The position numbers and the translations under genes were made by a program. A stretch of 43,931 bases of DNA, from assembly GCA_041891195.1 (NCBI GenBank), contig JASDVE010000013.1, positions 1-43,931 of the forward strand, given 5' to 3'. Of this stretch, positions 1 to 7,302 are shown piece by piece. The first letter of the stretch is position 1; every line of letters begins with the position of its first letter. The stretch comes from Myxococcota bacterium. GTDB taxonomy: Bacteria > Myxococcota_A > UBA9160 > UBA4427. The notes beneath the pieces are model-generated. The model searched no databases, had not been told where the DNA came from, and saw only the letters and a list, made by a program, of their open reading frames with translations.

Positions 1-414
1 GTCCTCTGGCCGAGGAAAACCGGGTGGAAGTGTTGTGGGGTCGAAGCCGCCTTCGAAGACGACGATCTTGTCGGCGGGCGCGTGCTTTTGAAAGATCATC
101 TTGAGCGCGTTCTCGTTTGCGACCGCTCCCGAGAGCGCAAGCCAAACATGCTTCATGTGTTCGCCCGCGTCTCGGAGCAATGCGCGCGAAATACGAAGCT
201 CTTCCGGCCCAGGCATCAAGTGACCCTGAAAAACAGAATCACTTGCTGCCGCGACGACCGCGGTTTCGAGCAGGTCCGGGTCGTTGTGACCGAAGGCATA
301 GACTCCGATGCCGCCAATGAAGTCGAGCTTCATCGTGCCGTCTGCCATCCAGACCCGAGCAGCCTTGCCTGCGCCCGAAGTGAGCATGGGCATCATGAGC
401 GGGCGACCCCGCAT
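1..414 (-). CDS. Class-III (fold-type I) PLP-dependent aminotransferase, N-terminal part; the gene runs off the left edge
   Basis: Not in the ORF track because it is open at the window edge. The reverse-strand frame ending at nt 1 reads MRGRPLMMPMLTSGAGKAARVWMADGTMKLDFIGGIGVYAFGHNDPDLLETAV...LSGAVANENALKMIFQKHAPADKIVVFEGGF. This matches the class-III aminotransferase pattern (GxG..D.dG...D...G.....GH; SGxxANExAxK). The start is uncertain: ATG at 414, or an in-frame TTG at 555 directly after a TGA. Confidence 0.55.
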   Translation of the reverse strand, partial: MRGRPLMMPMLTSGAGKAARVWMADGTMKLDFIGGIGVYAFGHNDPDLLETAVVAAASDSVFQGHLMPGPEELRISRALLRDAGEHMKHVWLALSGAVANENALKMIFQKHAPADKIVVFEGGFDPTTLPPGFPRPED

Positions 415-582
415 CCGTTCGAGCCATGTCCCGGGTTTTATCGGCGAACACAGCTTTGGCCTTGCGCGTGTTCGAGAACCACAACATTTGCTTGCGGACT
501 TCCCTTGGACTTGCCGGCTTATGAAGCCTCGCTGCGCACGCTGGTCATGGGACAATCACCTCAGCAGCGATTCGGCCGTCTA

Positions 583-618
583 GTTTTGAGAACCTTCTAT
601 GTTTTGAGAACCTCCTAT
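583..618. repeat. Tandem direct repeat, 2 x 18 bp (GTTTTGAGAACCTTCTAT / GTTTTGAGAACCTCCTAT), in a divergent intergenic region
   Basis: Read directly: 583-600 and 601-618 differ at one position. The repeat lies between the aminotransferase start (minus strand) and the EEP gene (plus strand). Confidence 0.8.
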
Positions 619-744
619 GTGCAGAAGTAGACCGATCAGCATTGTGATTGGGAACCGCTTCGATTCTCCGATAAGAAGGGGGCCCAGTTGCAGACTTGTG
701 GTGTCAATTGAGGCAGGGTTTGTCCCGAATTTCGGAGAGTAGGT

Positions 745-1635
745 TTGGCGATTCGACGAAAAAAAGCATCCGCGAAGAAGCCGCCGCGCAAGCCGCGGAA
801 GAAAGGCGGGCTCGCCAAGGTACTCGCGCGTGGCCGCGCCAAACGACTGGCGAATAGCCAAGGCGAGTTGCCTCCGCTTTCGATTTTCACCGCGGAAGGT
901 ACGGACCCGGGTGCGCGGCTTGGCCAGGAAACGACGGTTGCAACGTATAACGTCCACCGCTGGACAGGGGTGAATGGCCGTGGCGCTCCCGACCCTTCAC
1001 GCGCGGGGTTCGTGATCAGCGAACTCGATGCTGACGTCATCGCACTGCAGGAAGTACTGCGCCCGACGGGCGCCGATGATCCCCTCGAAGCGCTTTGCAG
1101 CGCGCTGAAACTGAACTTTGTTTTCGCAACGACGCGGGTGCACAAACGTGGTGAACTTGGCAACGCGATCCTCTCACGCTTCCCGATCAAAAGTTGTTCG
1201 GTGCTCGACATCTCCCATTCTCGTATCGAAAAGCGAGGCGTGCTTGCGGCGCACTTTGGCGACGCCGATTGCAGCTTGACTGCGATCGCCACACACCTTT
1301 CGCTGGTTGACCGGACGCGCACGCGTCAGGTCCAATCGCTCTTGCATCACCCCGAACTCAACGCCGGAACGTCCATCTTGCTGGGCGACATGAATGCGTG
1401 GCGAAAATGCAAAGCGACTCGAACCCTCGACGACCAGTTTTCGCGCCACGACAATCACAACTGGCCCGCGTCCTTTCCTGCGCCACGACCCGTGCTCGCC
1501 CTCGACCGCATCTATTCGATGAACGCCGAAGTGAAGGAAGTGTATTCCCACAACACACCTTCGGCGCGCCGCGCGTCGGACCACCTGCCCGTCGTCGCAC
1601 GGGTGCACCTGCCGCTTCGCATCACCGCCGGTTAA
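745..1635 (+). CDS. Endonuclease/exonuclease/phosphatase (EEP) family protein with a Lys/Arg-rich N-terminal extension
   Basis: ORF 745-1635 with a TTG start. EEP motifs are present in order: TVATYNVHRW, VIALQEV, LLGDMNAW, ASDHLPVVARV. About 65 N-terminal residues are highly basic (RRKKASAKKPPRKPRKKGG), so the true start may lie further downstream. Confidence 0.8.
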   Translation: MAIRRKKASAKKPPRKPRKKGGLAKVLARGRAKRLANSQGELPPLSIFTAEGTDPGARLGQETTVATYNVHRWTGVNGRGAPDPSRAGFVISELDADVIALQEVLRPTGADDPLEALCSALKLNFVFATTRVHKRGELGNAILSRFPIKSCSVLDISHSRIEKRGVLAAHFGDADCSLTAIATHLSLVDRTRTRQVQSLLHHPELNAGTSILLGDMNAWRKCKATRTLDDQFSRHDNHNWPASFPAPRPVLALDRIYSMNAEVKEVYSHNTPSARRASDHLPVVARVHLPLRITAG

Positions 1636-1657
1636 ACACGCCGAAGCGCCTCGCCTA

Positions 1658-3049
1658 CTAGATTGTGATGTGTTTCCAACGTCCGCTGCGAAAGCGTGCG
1701 AGCAAGATCCATGTCAACGCCGCGATGTAGATCACACCACCGGCCCATGCCCATGTGAGCCCGCCTTCGAGTACAACGCCCAAAAAGTACGCGGCCGGCA
1801 GAAAGACAAACCACGAAAGCAGAAAGCGCGCAATCATGGGCCAGCGCGTGTCGCCCGCGCCGCGCAAACCTCCGTCGGCGATGATCGCGAGGGCGTCAAA
1901 GATCTGAAACACGGCGCCCACCATCATGAGTGGCCGACCTAAAGCGAGCACGCGAGGATCGTCACTGTAGAGCCCAAGCAAGGGCTCTGGGATCAGCACG
2001 AGCATCGCGCCAACAACGCCAGCAATGATCAAGCAAAGACGGATGCCTGAATAAAAACTTCGCTCTGCGGCGTCAAAGTCATGCGCACCGATGTATTGGC
2101 CGACCAGTGTTGTAACCGCGATTCCGAGCCCCTGTGCCTGCATGAATGAGATCGACAGCAACGAAATGAAGGCTTGGCTCGCCGCCATCGGTGCGTCGCC
2201 CATGCGGGCAACCAGGGTGAGAAAAATCGCGAACGATGCCATCTCGAGCCACCACTGAGCGCCAACCGGTAATCCGGTGCGAAGCAAGCGACGAATTTGT
2301 TCGCGATTCGGCCCGATGAGCTGAGTCCCAAAGACGCGCATGAGAGCTTTGCTTCGAAAGAAAAAAAGCAACACGAAAAAGTTTGCCCATTCTGCGATCG
2401 AAGTTGCGATGCCGGCACCCGCGACTCCAAGTTCAGGGAGTCCCAACTTGCCGAAGATGAGCCCGTAGTCGAGCACCACGTTCACCAAGTTGGCGAAGAC
2501 GGTCGCGTAAAGCGGCGTTCGGGTGTCACCGAAGCCGCGAAAAAACGAGCTCAATGTAACGGCCGCAACCAACCCGGGTACGCCGTAACTGCGTGTGGTG
2601 AGATAGTCGATCGCGAAGGGCGTGATCGAAGCGTCGGGTTCTAGCCAGGTGACGAGTGCACCGGAACCGGCGAAGAGACCAACGCCAAGCAAAAACGATA
2701 CCGGCACAATGGCGTACAACCCTTGCCACGCCCATGCGCCACACGCCGCATGGTTGCCCGAGCCAAAGTGTTGAGATACGAAGGTTTGCACGCAAGTCGT
2801 GGTCCCGACGAACAAACAGACCAGCGTCCACAACCACACCCCGCCCAAGCCCACGCTTGCGAGTTGCGGTGAACCAAGCTGGCCAACCATCACGCTGTCG
2901 ACGATCTGCATCGCGGTGATGGAGATGTGGGTCAACACGACGGGGATTGCGAGGATGAGGACTTCCCGCACACCACCCCGTTCAACAGATGAAGTGCTCG
3001 GGCCGTCGTCGCGTATGGGCTTTTGCTCGGGGTCGCTCGAATGGATCAT
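1658..3049 (-). CDS. MATE family multidrug/toxin efflux transporter
   Basis: 463-aa polytopic ORF. It has a typical MATE N-terminus (REVLILAIPVVLTHISITAMQIVDSVMVGQLG) and an internally duplicated half (LLRTGLPVGAQWWLEMASFAIF), with about 12 hydrophobic segments. Confidence 0.85.
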   Translation of the reverse strand: MIHSSDPEQKPIRDDGPSTSSVERGGVREVLILAIPVVLTHISITAMQIVDSVMVGQLGSPQLASVGLGGVWLWTLVCLFVGTTTCVQTFVSQHFGSGNHAACGAWAWQGLYAIVPVSFLLGVGLFAGSGALVTWLEPDASITPFAIDYLTTRSYGVPGLVAAVTLSSFFRGFGDTRTPLYATVFANLVNVVLDYGLIFGKLGLPELGVAGAGIATSIAEWANFFVLLFFFRSKALMRVFGTQLIGPNREQIRRLLRTGLPVGAQWWLEMASFAIFLTLVARMGDAPMAASQAFISLLSISFMQAQGLGIAVTTLVGQYIGAHDFDAAERSFYSGIRLCLIIAGVVGAMLVLIPEPLLGLYSDDPRVLALGRPLMMVGAVFQIFDALAIIADGGLRGAGDTRWPMIARFLLSWFVFLPAAYFLGVVLEGGLTWAWAGGVIYIAALTWILLARFRSGRWKHITI

Positions 3050-3459
3050 GCGGGTGGCTCCAGGTGTGACAACGCGTGCTTTGCCGAAGTCGCAATTGCG
3101 CGCGACTCAGACTGATCTGAAGTCCTGGGACCTGGGACTTGATCGGCGAGCCTGCTGGAGCGGAACTAGCGGGCTAGGCCAGGGTGATAAGCGAGAGGTG
3201 CCGCGGGTGATAGGGTGCCGGGTGCGAGTTAAGAGGTGCGCATGAAGCGTAGATCGGGGTTTCGACGGAGCCCTACTTGGATGCTTATCATTTGAATCCT
3301 CCGCTGAAAGCGGACCTTTAACACGGGAGCGCCGTGGGGGCAATCGTCTGAGCGGGTTTCCAGTGAAGATGGTCTATACTGAAAGGGTTCTCGCTAATTT
3401 CACGCCCTCCCGCCGCCGCTGCGTACCGCCGATCGTTCGGGCAAAAACGGGTCTCCAAC

Positions 3460-3834
3460 ATGAAACAAAAACCGGTCGCCATCGCAGGGTTCGTTTTGCT
3501 CGCTGCCCTCTCAGGGTGGCTTGGCTGTGCGGGCATGCGCGCAGCGCAGCTGTATCAATCGGGAACCCAAGCGTTGAATGCCGGTGATGGCGAGCGGGCG
3601 GTCGCGCAGCTACGCGAAGCGAGTCGTCTCCAGCCTGCGGTGAGCAAGATTCAAAACCATCTCGGCTTGGCCTACGTTGTCGCTGGACATCCCTCTAAAG
3701 CCTTGGCAGCATTTGAGCAGGCGGTTTTGCTCGACTGCGAAAATTCTGCAGCGACCAAGAATTTGGCAGCCGCACGGGCGGCGGTCGAAGACCAGCGACC
3801 AGCCGATGCAACCCAGTTCCTGGGAGGTTCGTGA
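3460..3834 (+). CDS. Small TPR-repeat lipoprotein
   Basis: Signal peptide with a lipobox (LLAALSGWLGC). This is followed by TPR-like helices (AQLYQSGTQALNAGDGERAVAQLREA..., NHLGLAYVVAGHPSKALAAFEQAV). Confidence 0.7.
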   Translation: MKQKPVAIAGFVLLAALSGWLGCAGMRAAQLYQSGTQALNAGDGERAVAQLREASRLQPAVSKIQNHLGLAYVVAGHPSKALAAFEQAVLLDCENSAATKNLAAARAAVEDQRPADATQFLGGS

Positions 3835-3835
3835 C

Positions 3836-4252
3836 ATGAACGACGACCAAAAGCCCCGTTGGAAGGAACTCGAAGCGGCGCGCGCCAACCAGGCGACGAA
3901 GTCCTACGTGAAAGAACTCGACAGTCTCTTCACGGCCAGCGGCCGCAGCGAAGAAGCCGAAGCGCTCGTAAAACGCCTCCGCGATTCCCACGGCACGCCA
4001 GAACTCGTCGAGGTGTGTCGGACTTTTCGCGAAGAACTCGGGATGCCCCGCGAAATCGCATTGCTCTCAATCTTTCTGGACTCGCAGGATGCGCCGCTCG
4101 TCGTCGAAGCGCTCGAAACGATGCTGCTGTTGGCTGGTGAAGGCGACGCAGAATTCAGCAAGGGTGTGCAGAGCCAGGTTCGCGTGCTTTCCCAGGACTT
4201 TAACAACGATATCGCCGAAGTCGCCGAAGACATTCTCGCAAAGCTCGCCTAG
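3836..4252 (+). CDS. Hypothetical acidic helical protein (138 aa)
   Basis: Internal ATG at 3836 of ORF 3677-4252. It lies 1 nt after the TGA of the TPR gene and is preceded by GGGAGG. The upstream part of the ORF overlaps the TPR gene out of frame. I recognise no family. Confidence 0.55.
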   Translation: MNDDQKPRWKELEAARANQATKSYVKELDSLFTASGRSEEAEALVKRLRDSHGTPELVEVCRTFREELGMPREIALLSIFLDSQDAPLVVEALETMLLLAGEGDAEFSKGVQSQVRVLSQDFNNDIAEVAEDILAKLA

Positions 4253-4297
4253 CCTGCCCCCAGACCGCTTCAGCAATCGAAGGTAATTTGCTCTCCC

Positions 4298-4732
4298 ATG
4301 AAATATGAAACTGAACTCACGGCGCTGGCAGATTATCTCGACGGGATGGGGCTTAAGCACACGAAGCAACGCGACGCGATCCTAATCACGTTCCTCGAAA
4401 GCGAGGAACACGTGAGCGCCGAGCAGCTCTACCAGGAAGTGCGGAAAGAGTCCCCCAATGTTGGGTACACGACGGTCTACCGGACGTTGAAATTGCTCGT
4501 GGACGCAGGTCTCGCTCAGGAAAGGCGCTTTGACGACGGGCTGACTCGATACGAAATCGAGCACGCGCATCACGATCATCTCGTATGTCTGAAATGCGGC
4601 AAGATCATCGAGTTCAAATCAGAACTCATCGAAGACACCCAAGAGAAGATTGCCGTCGAGTATGGCTTCAAAGTTTTGCGCCATCGCCACGAGCTTTACG
4701 GTCCCTGCTCGAATTGCGACAACCCTTCGTAG
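4298..4732 (+). CDS. fur: Fur-family metalloregulator (Fur/Zur/PerR class not resolved)
   Basis: Winged-helix region (KHTKQRDAILITFL...VGYTTVYRTLKLLVDAGL). Metal-site motifs HAHHDHLVCLKCGKIIEF and C-terminal CSNC are present. Confidence 0.9.
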   Translation: MKYETELTALADYLDGMGLKHTKQRDAILITFLESEEHVSAEQLYQEVRKESPNVGYTTVYRTLKLLVDAGLAQERRFDDGLTRYEIEHAHHDHLVCLKCGKIIEFKSELIEDTQEKIAVEYGFKVLRHRHELYGPCSNCDNPS

Positions 4733-4938
4733 CCAAATCATCCAAGGCGCCGATCGCTGCTCACCGGATCGTTCACACCGGTTGCAATGATTCGAATGCA
4801 AGCGACGCCGCAGATTGATGGTGACTTTTCTATTGATGATTGGTGGGGGTCGATCTTAATAGTAGGCGATCGAAGTATTTCCCTTAAACAAACCGGGAAG
4901 CTGTTAAGTCGCTTTGCGGAAAGCCCGATCCTTCCACC

Positions 4939-5094
4939 ATGGCGACCCAAGTATCCTGCCCCAGCTGCGATAGCGAATTGCTTATCGAGGGTGACGAACG
5001 GGTTGGTGAGGAAGTCTTTTGCGGGTACTGCCACGGGGTCTACAAGGTCATCGCCAAGGACGTCGAGACACTCGAAGTCGAAGAGGACTTTTGA
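4939..5094 (+). CDS. Small (51 aa) zinc-ribbon protein with an acidic C-terminal tail, LysW-like architecture
   Basis: Below the ORF-track length cutoff. ATG 4939 to TGA 5094 translates to MATQVSCPSCDSELLIEGDERVGEEVFCGYCHGVYKVIAKDVETLEVEEDF. It has CPxC...CxxC and GC-rich third codon positions. The overlapping 117-aa and 98-aa track ORFs look non-coding. There is no strong Shine-Dalgarno sequence. Confidence 0.45.
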   Translation: MATQVSCPSCDSELLIEGDERVGEEVFCGYCHGVYKVIAKDVETLEVEEDF

Positions 5095-5109
5095 GAAACT
5101 GCTCCGCCT

Positions 5110-5137
5110 GACGCCGTGCGGTTTGCCGCCGGGCGTC
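5110..5137. terminator. Hairpin between convergent genes (possible bidirectional terminator, no U-tract)
   Basis: GACGCC-GT-GCGG tttg CCGC-CG-GGCGTC gives 6+4 bp with a 2-nt internal mismatch. It abuts the rmlC stop codon. There is no clear T-run on either side. Confidence 0.3.
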
Positions 5138-5694
5138 TAGCCTTTGTACTCTGGAAGTAGCCGCGGGTCGATTTCACTTAGCGGCAGGGCTGCAACGTCT
5201 TTCGCGGACAGTTGTGGGTCTGCGACCGGCCATGCGATGCCGAGTTCCGGGTCGTCCCACACCACCGAAAGCTCACCGCCCGAATCGTAAAAGTCACTGC
5301 ATTTGTACTCGATCTCGGCCATCTCGCTCGTCACCACGAAGCCGTGTACGAAGCCCTTGGGTACGAAGAGCTGGCGGAAGTTCTCCGCCGAAAGCGTTGC
5401 GCCGAAGGCTTTGCCGTAGTGTGGCGAGCCGCGGCGAACGTCCACAGCTACATCGTAGATTTCGCCCGACAACACCCGTACCAACTTGTCCTGCGGGCGG
5501 TTGGTTTGCATGTGGAGACCGCGCAGCGTCCCGTAGCTACTGCGCGACTGGTTGTCCTGCACGAAGGCTACGTCGATCCCGCCCTCGCGGTAGCGTTCTT
5601 CGTGGTAGGTCTCGAGGAAGTAGCCGCGGTCGTCGCGATGAACGGTCGGATCCACCAGGATCACACCGGGTAGGTCGGTTGCGTGAAAGTCCAT
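5137..5694 (-). CDS. rmlC: dTDP-4-dehydrorhamnose 3,5-epimerase
   Basis: 185 aa. Characteristic RmlC motifs: PGVILVDPTVHRDDRGYFLETY, QDNQSRSSYGTLRGLHMQ, LVRVLSGEIYDVAVDVR, FVPKGFVHGF. Confidence 0.9.
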   Translation of the reverse strand: MDFHATDLPGVILVDPTVHRDDRGYFLETYHEERYREGGIDVAFVQDNQSRSSYGTLRGLHMQTNRPQDKLVRVLSGEIYDVAVDVRRGSPHYGKAFGATLSAENFRQLFVPKGFVHGFVVTSEMAEIEYKCSDFYDSGGELSVVWDDPELGIAWPVADPQLSAKDVAALPLSEIDPRLLPEYKG

Positions 5695-5698
5695 AAGG

Positions 5699-6577
5699 CT
5701 ACGCAGACTCCTTGGCGAGTTGCAGCAGATACTCGCCGTAGCTGTTCTTCTTGAGTGCTTCGCCCCGGGCGATCAGTTCGTCGCGCGTGATGTTTCCCTG
5801 GCGAAAGGCGATCTCTTCGATACAGGCGACCTTCAAGCCCTGTCGCTCCTGAATGGTCTGGATGAACGACGACGCTTGCTGGAGCGATTCGTAGGTGCCG
5901 GTGTCGAGCCACGCGATGCCGCGCCCGAGAACTTCGACCTGGAGTTCTTTGGTTTCGAGAAACTTCATGTTGAGGTCGGTGATTTCGAGCTCACCCCGCG
6001 GCGAGGGTTTGAGGTTCTTTGCGCGCTCGACCACAGAGTTGTCGTAAAAGTACAAGCCGACGACCGCGTAGTTGGAGCGCGGGTCTTCCGGCTTCTCGAC
6101 GATTTCAAGGGCAAGGCCATTGTCGTCGAATTCAACCACGCCATAGCGTTCGGGATCGCTCACCCAATAGCCAAAGACAGTGGCGCCTTCGTCTCGCTTA
6201 GCGGCACAAAGCAGGGCTTCGACGAGACCGTGGCCGTAAAAAATGTTGTCACCGAGGGCGAGCGCCACGGACTCGTTCCCGATGAACTCTTCGCCAATGA
6301 TAAAGGCTTGAGCGAGCCCGTCCGGCGATTCCTGCACCGCGTAGGTAATCTCCAGCCCCGCCTGGCTGCCGTCTCCGAGCAGGCGCTGAAACCCAGCTTG
6401 GTCGTGCGGCGTTGTGATGATGAGGATCTCGCGAATCCCGGCCAGCATCAGCGTGGACAGCGGGTAATAGATCATGGGCTTGTCGTAGATGGGAAGCAGT
6501 TGCTTGCTCACACCGATGGTGATCGGATGCAGCCGCGAGCCTGAACCGCCGGCAAGGATGATGCCCTTCGTGGACAT
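5699..6577 (-). CDS. rmlA: Glucose-1-phosphate thymidylyltransferase
   Basis: Internal ATG at 6577 of ORF 5699-6712, preceded by [31 protein letters not shown] is the canonical RmlA N-terminus. Length is 292 aa. The gene sits 4 nt upstream of rmlC. Confidence 0.9.
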   Translation of the reverse strand: MSTKGIILAGGSGSRLHPITIGVSKQLLPIYDKPMIYYPLSTLMLAGIREILIITTPHDQAGFQRLLGDGSQAGLEITYAVQESPDGLAQAFIIGEEFIGNESVALALGDNIFYGHGLVEALLCAAKRDEGATVFGYWVSDPERYGVVEFDDNGLALEIVEKPEDPRSNYAVVGLYFYDNSVVERAKNLKPSPRGELEITDLNMKFLETKELQVEVLGRGIAWLDTGTYESLQQASSFIQTIQERQGLKVACIEEIAFRQGNITRDELIARGEALKKNSYGEYLLQLAKESA

Positions 6578-6649
6578 GGTTGAGCTTCCCTTCTCATTTG
6601 CAATGTGCGGAGTCTGCAAGGTGGAGCGTTGTATGGTGTTTTGCGGCTG

Positions 6650-6691
6650 TTGTGCGGGCGTTGTGCGGGCGTATTTCGGCGTATTTCGGCG
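6650..6691. repeat. Two back-to-back tandem duplications (2 x 11 bp TTGTGCGGGCG, then 2 x 10 bp TATTTCGGCG) in the rmlA upstream region
   Basis: Read directly: 6650-6660 equals 6661-6671, and 6672-6681 equals 6682-6691. On the coding (minus) strand this forms part of a C/A-rich leader. Confidence 0.8.
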
Positions 6692-6779
6692 TAGTCGACG
6701 GGTCGGCCACAAGGAAGCCCGGCCCGCGGCCGAAGGTTAGCTCGAATTTATTGGAAGTGGAGACGCCTCAAGTCGACGT

Positions 6780-7010
6780 TCAGGGGATCATCTCTGAAGC
6801 CGGTGTGCCACGAAAATTCCCTCGCAGCCGTACACGGCCGAGTGCGAGCAAGGCGACCACGGTGGCGACCACGATGTCCTCGTCGTTGCTGATGGCGCTG
6901 ATGGCATAGACGAGTTCGAGCAGGGTCACACTTTCTGGAAGATCGTCGAACAGATCCAGACTCAACGCCTGGCATCCTTCAGGGATTTTCGCGTAACTCG
7001 CTGTCGCCAT
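6780..7010 (-). CDS. Small conserved-looking hypothetical protein (76 aa)
   Basis: ATG 7010 with GGAG 11 nt upstream. The sequence ...TLLELVYAISAISNDEDIVVATVVALLALGRVRLRGNFRG resembles, from memory, small uncharacterised proteins of delta-proteobacteria-like lineages. A candidate sigma-54 promoter lies just upstream. Confidence 0.5.
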   Translation of the reverse strand: MATASYAKIPEGCQALSLDLFDDLPESVTLLELVYAISAISNDEDIVVATVVALLALGRVRLRGNFRGTPASEMIP

Positions 7011-7040
7011 AATCGATGCATCTCCGTTTGAAAAGGGAGT

Positions 7041-7056
7041 TGCATTTTTGATGCCA
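7041..7056 (-). promoter_or_regulatory. Candidate sigma-54 (-24/-12) promoter
   Basis: The minus strand reads TGGCATCAAAAATGCA, against the consensus TGGCACG-N4-TTGCW. The GG-N10-GC spacing is exact. The -12 element lies about 30 nt upstream of ATG 7010, leaving room for a TSS and the GGAG Shine-Dalgarno sequence. Confidence 0.4.
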
Positions 7057-7302
7057 GAGCGAGCGAGAGCCGAACCAAACTACGACCCTGTTTGGTTTCG
7101 GGTACTTAGCCCCGTTGCTCCAGCGCGAAGGGGTGTCACGATGCGCAGAAGTGTCAATTTAGGGACGCTCGAGTGCCAATTTTCGGTAGTGCGGACCCGT
7201 TCGAATTATTTTATTGCGCTTTCTTGTGAGTTGTTCTGTGTGTCTGCACTGTGTGCCTGCCCTTTGTGTTTGTTCGGTCTCAATAAAGTCACATTGCTGA
7301 TG

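Noticed and set aside
82-630. A 182-aa plus-strand ORF at the left edge.
   Set aside because: The opposite strand encodes a recognisable class-III aminotransferase N-terminus, and the plus-strand product has no motifs.
3050-3260. A possible guanidine-I (ykkC) riboswitch, which often precedes MATE/SMR pumps.
   Set aside because: Only loose fragments (CTAGTTCCG, GGTCCCAGGAC) resemble the conserved ACUAGGGUUCCG / GGUCCGAGAG segments. The conserved ACGG.GGGA.AAAAGCCCGGGAGA 3' half is absent.
3251-3300. GGGGTTTCGACGGAGCCC resembles the 5' end of tmRNA (GGGG...ATTCGACGGG).
   Set aside because: No tag-reading-frame, pseudoknot or tRNA-like 3' end follows, and the available space is too short for a tmRNA.
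6578-6712. An N-terminal extension of the rmlA ORF (45 extra codons).
   Set aside because: The canonical RmlA N-terminus [13 protein letters not shown] begins at 6577 with a good Shine-Dalgarno sequence. The extension covers the repeat-containing leader.
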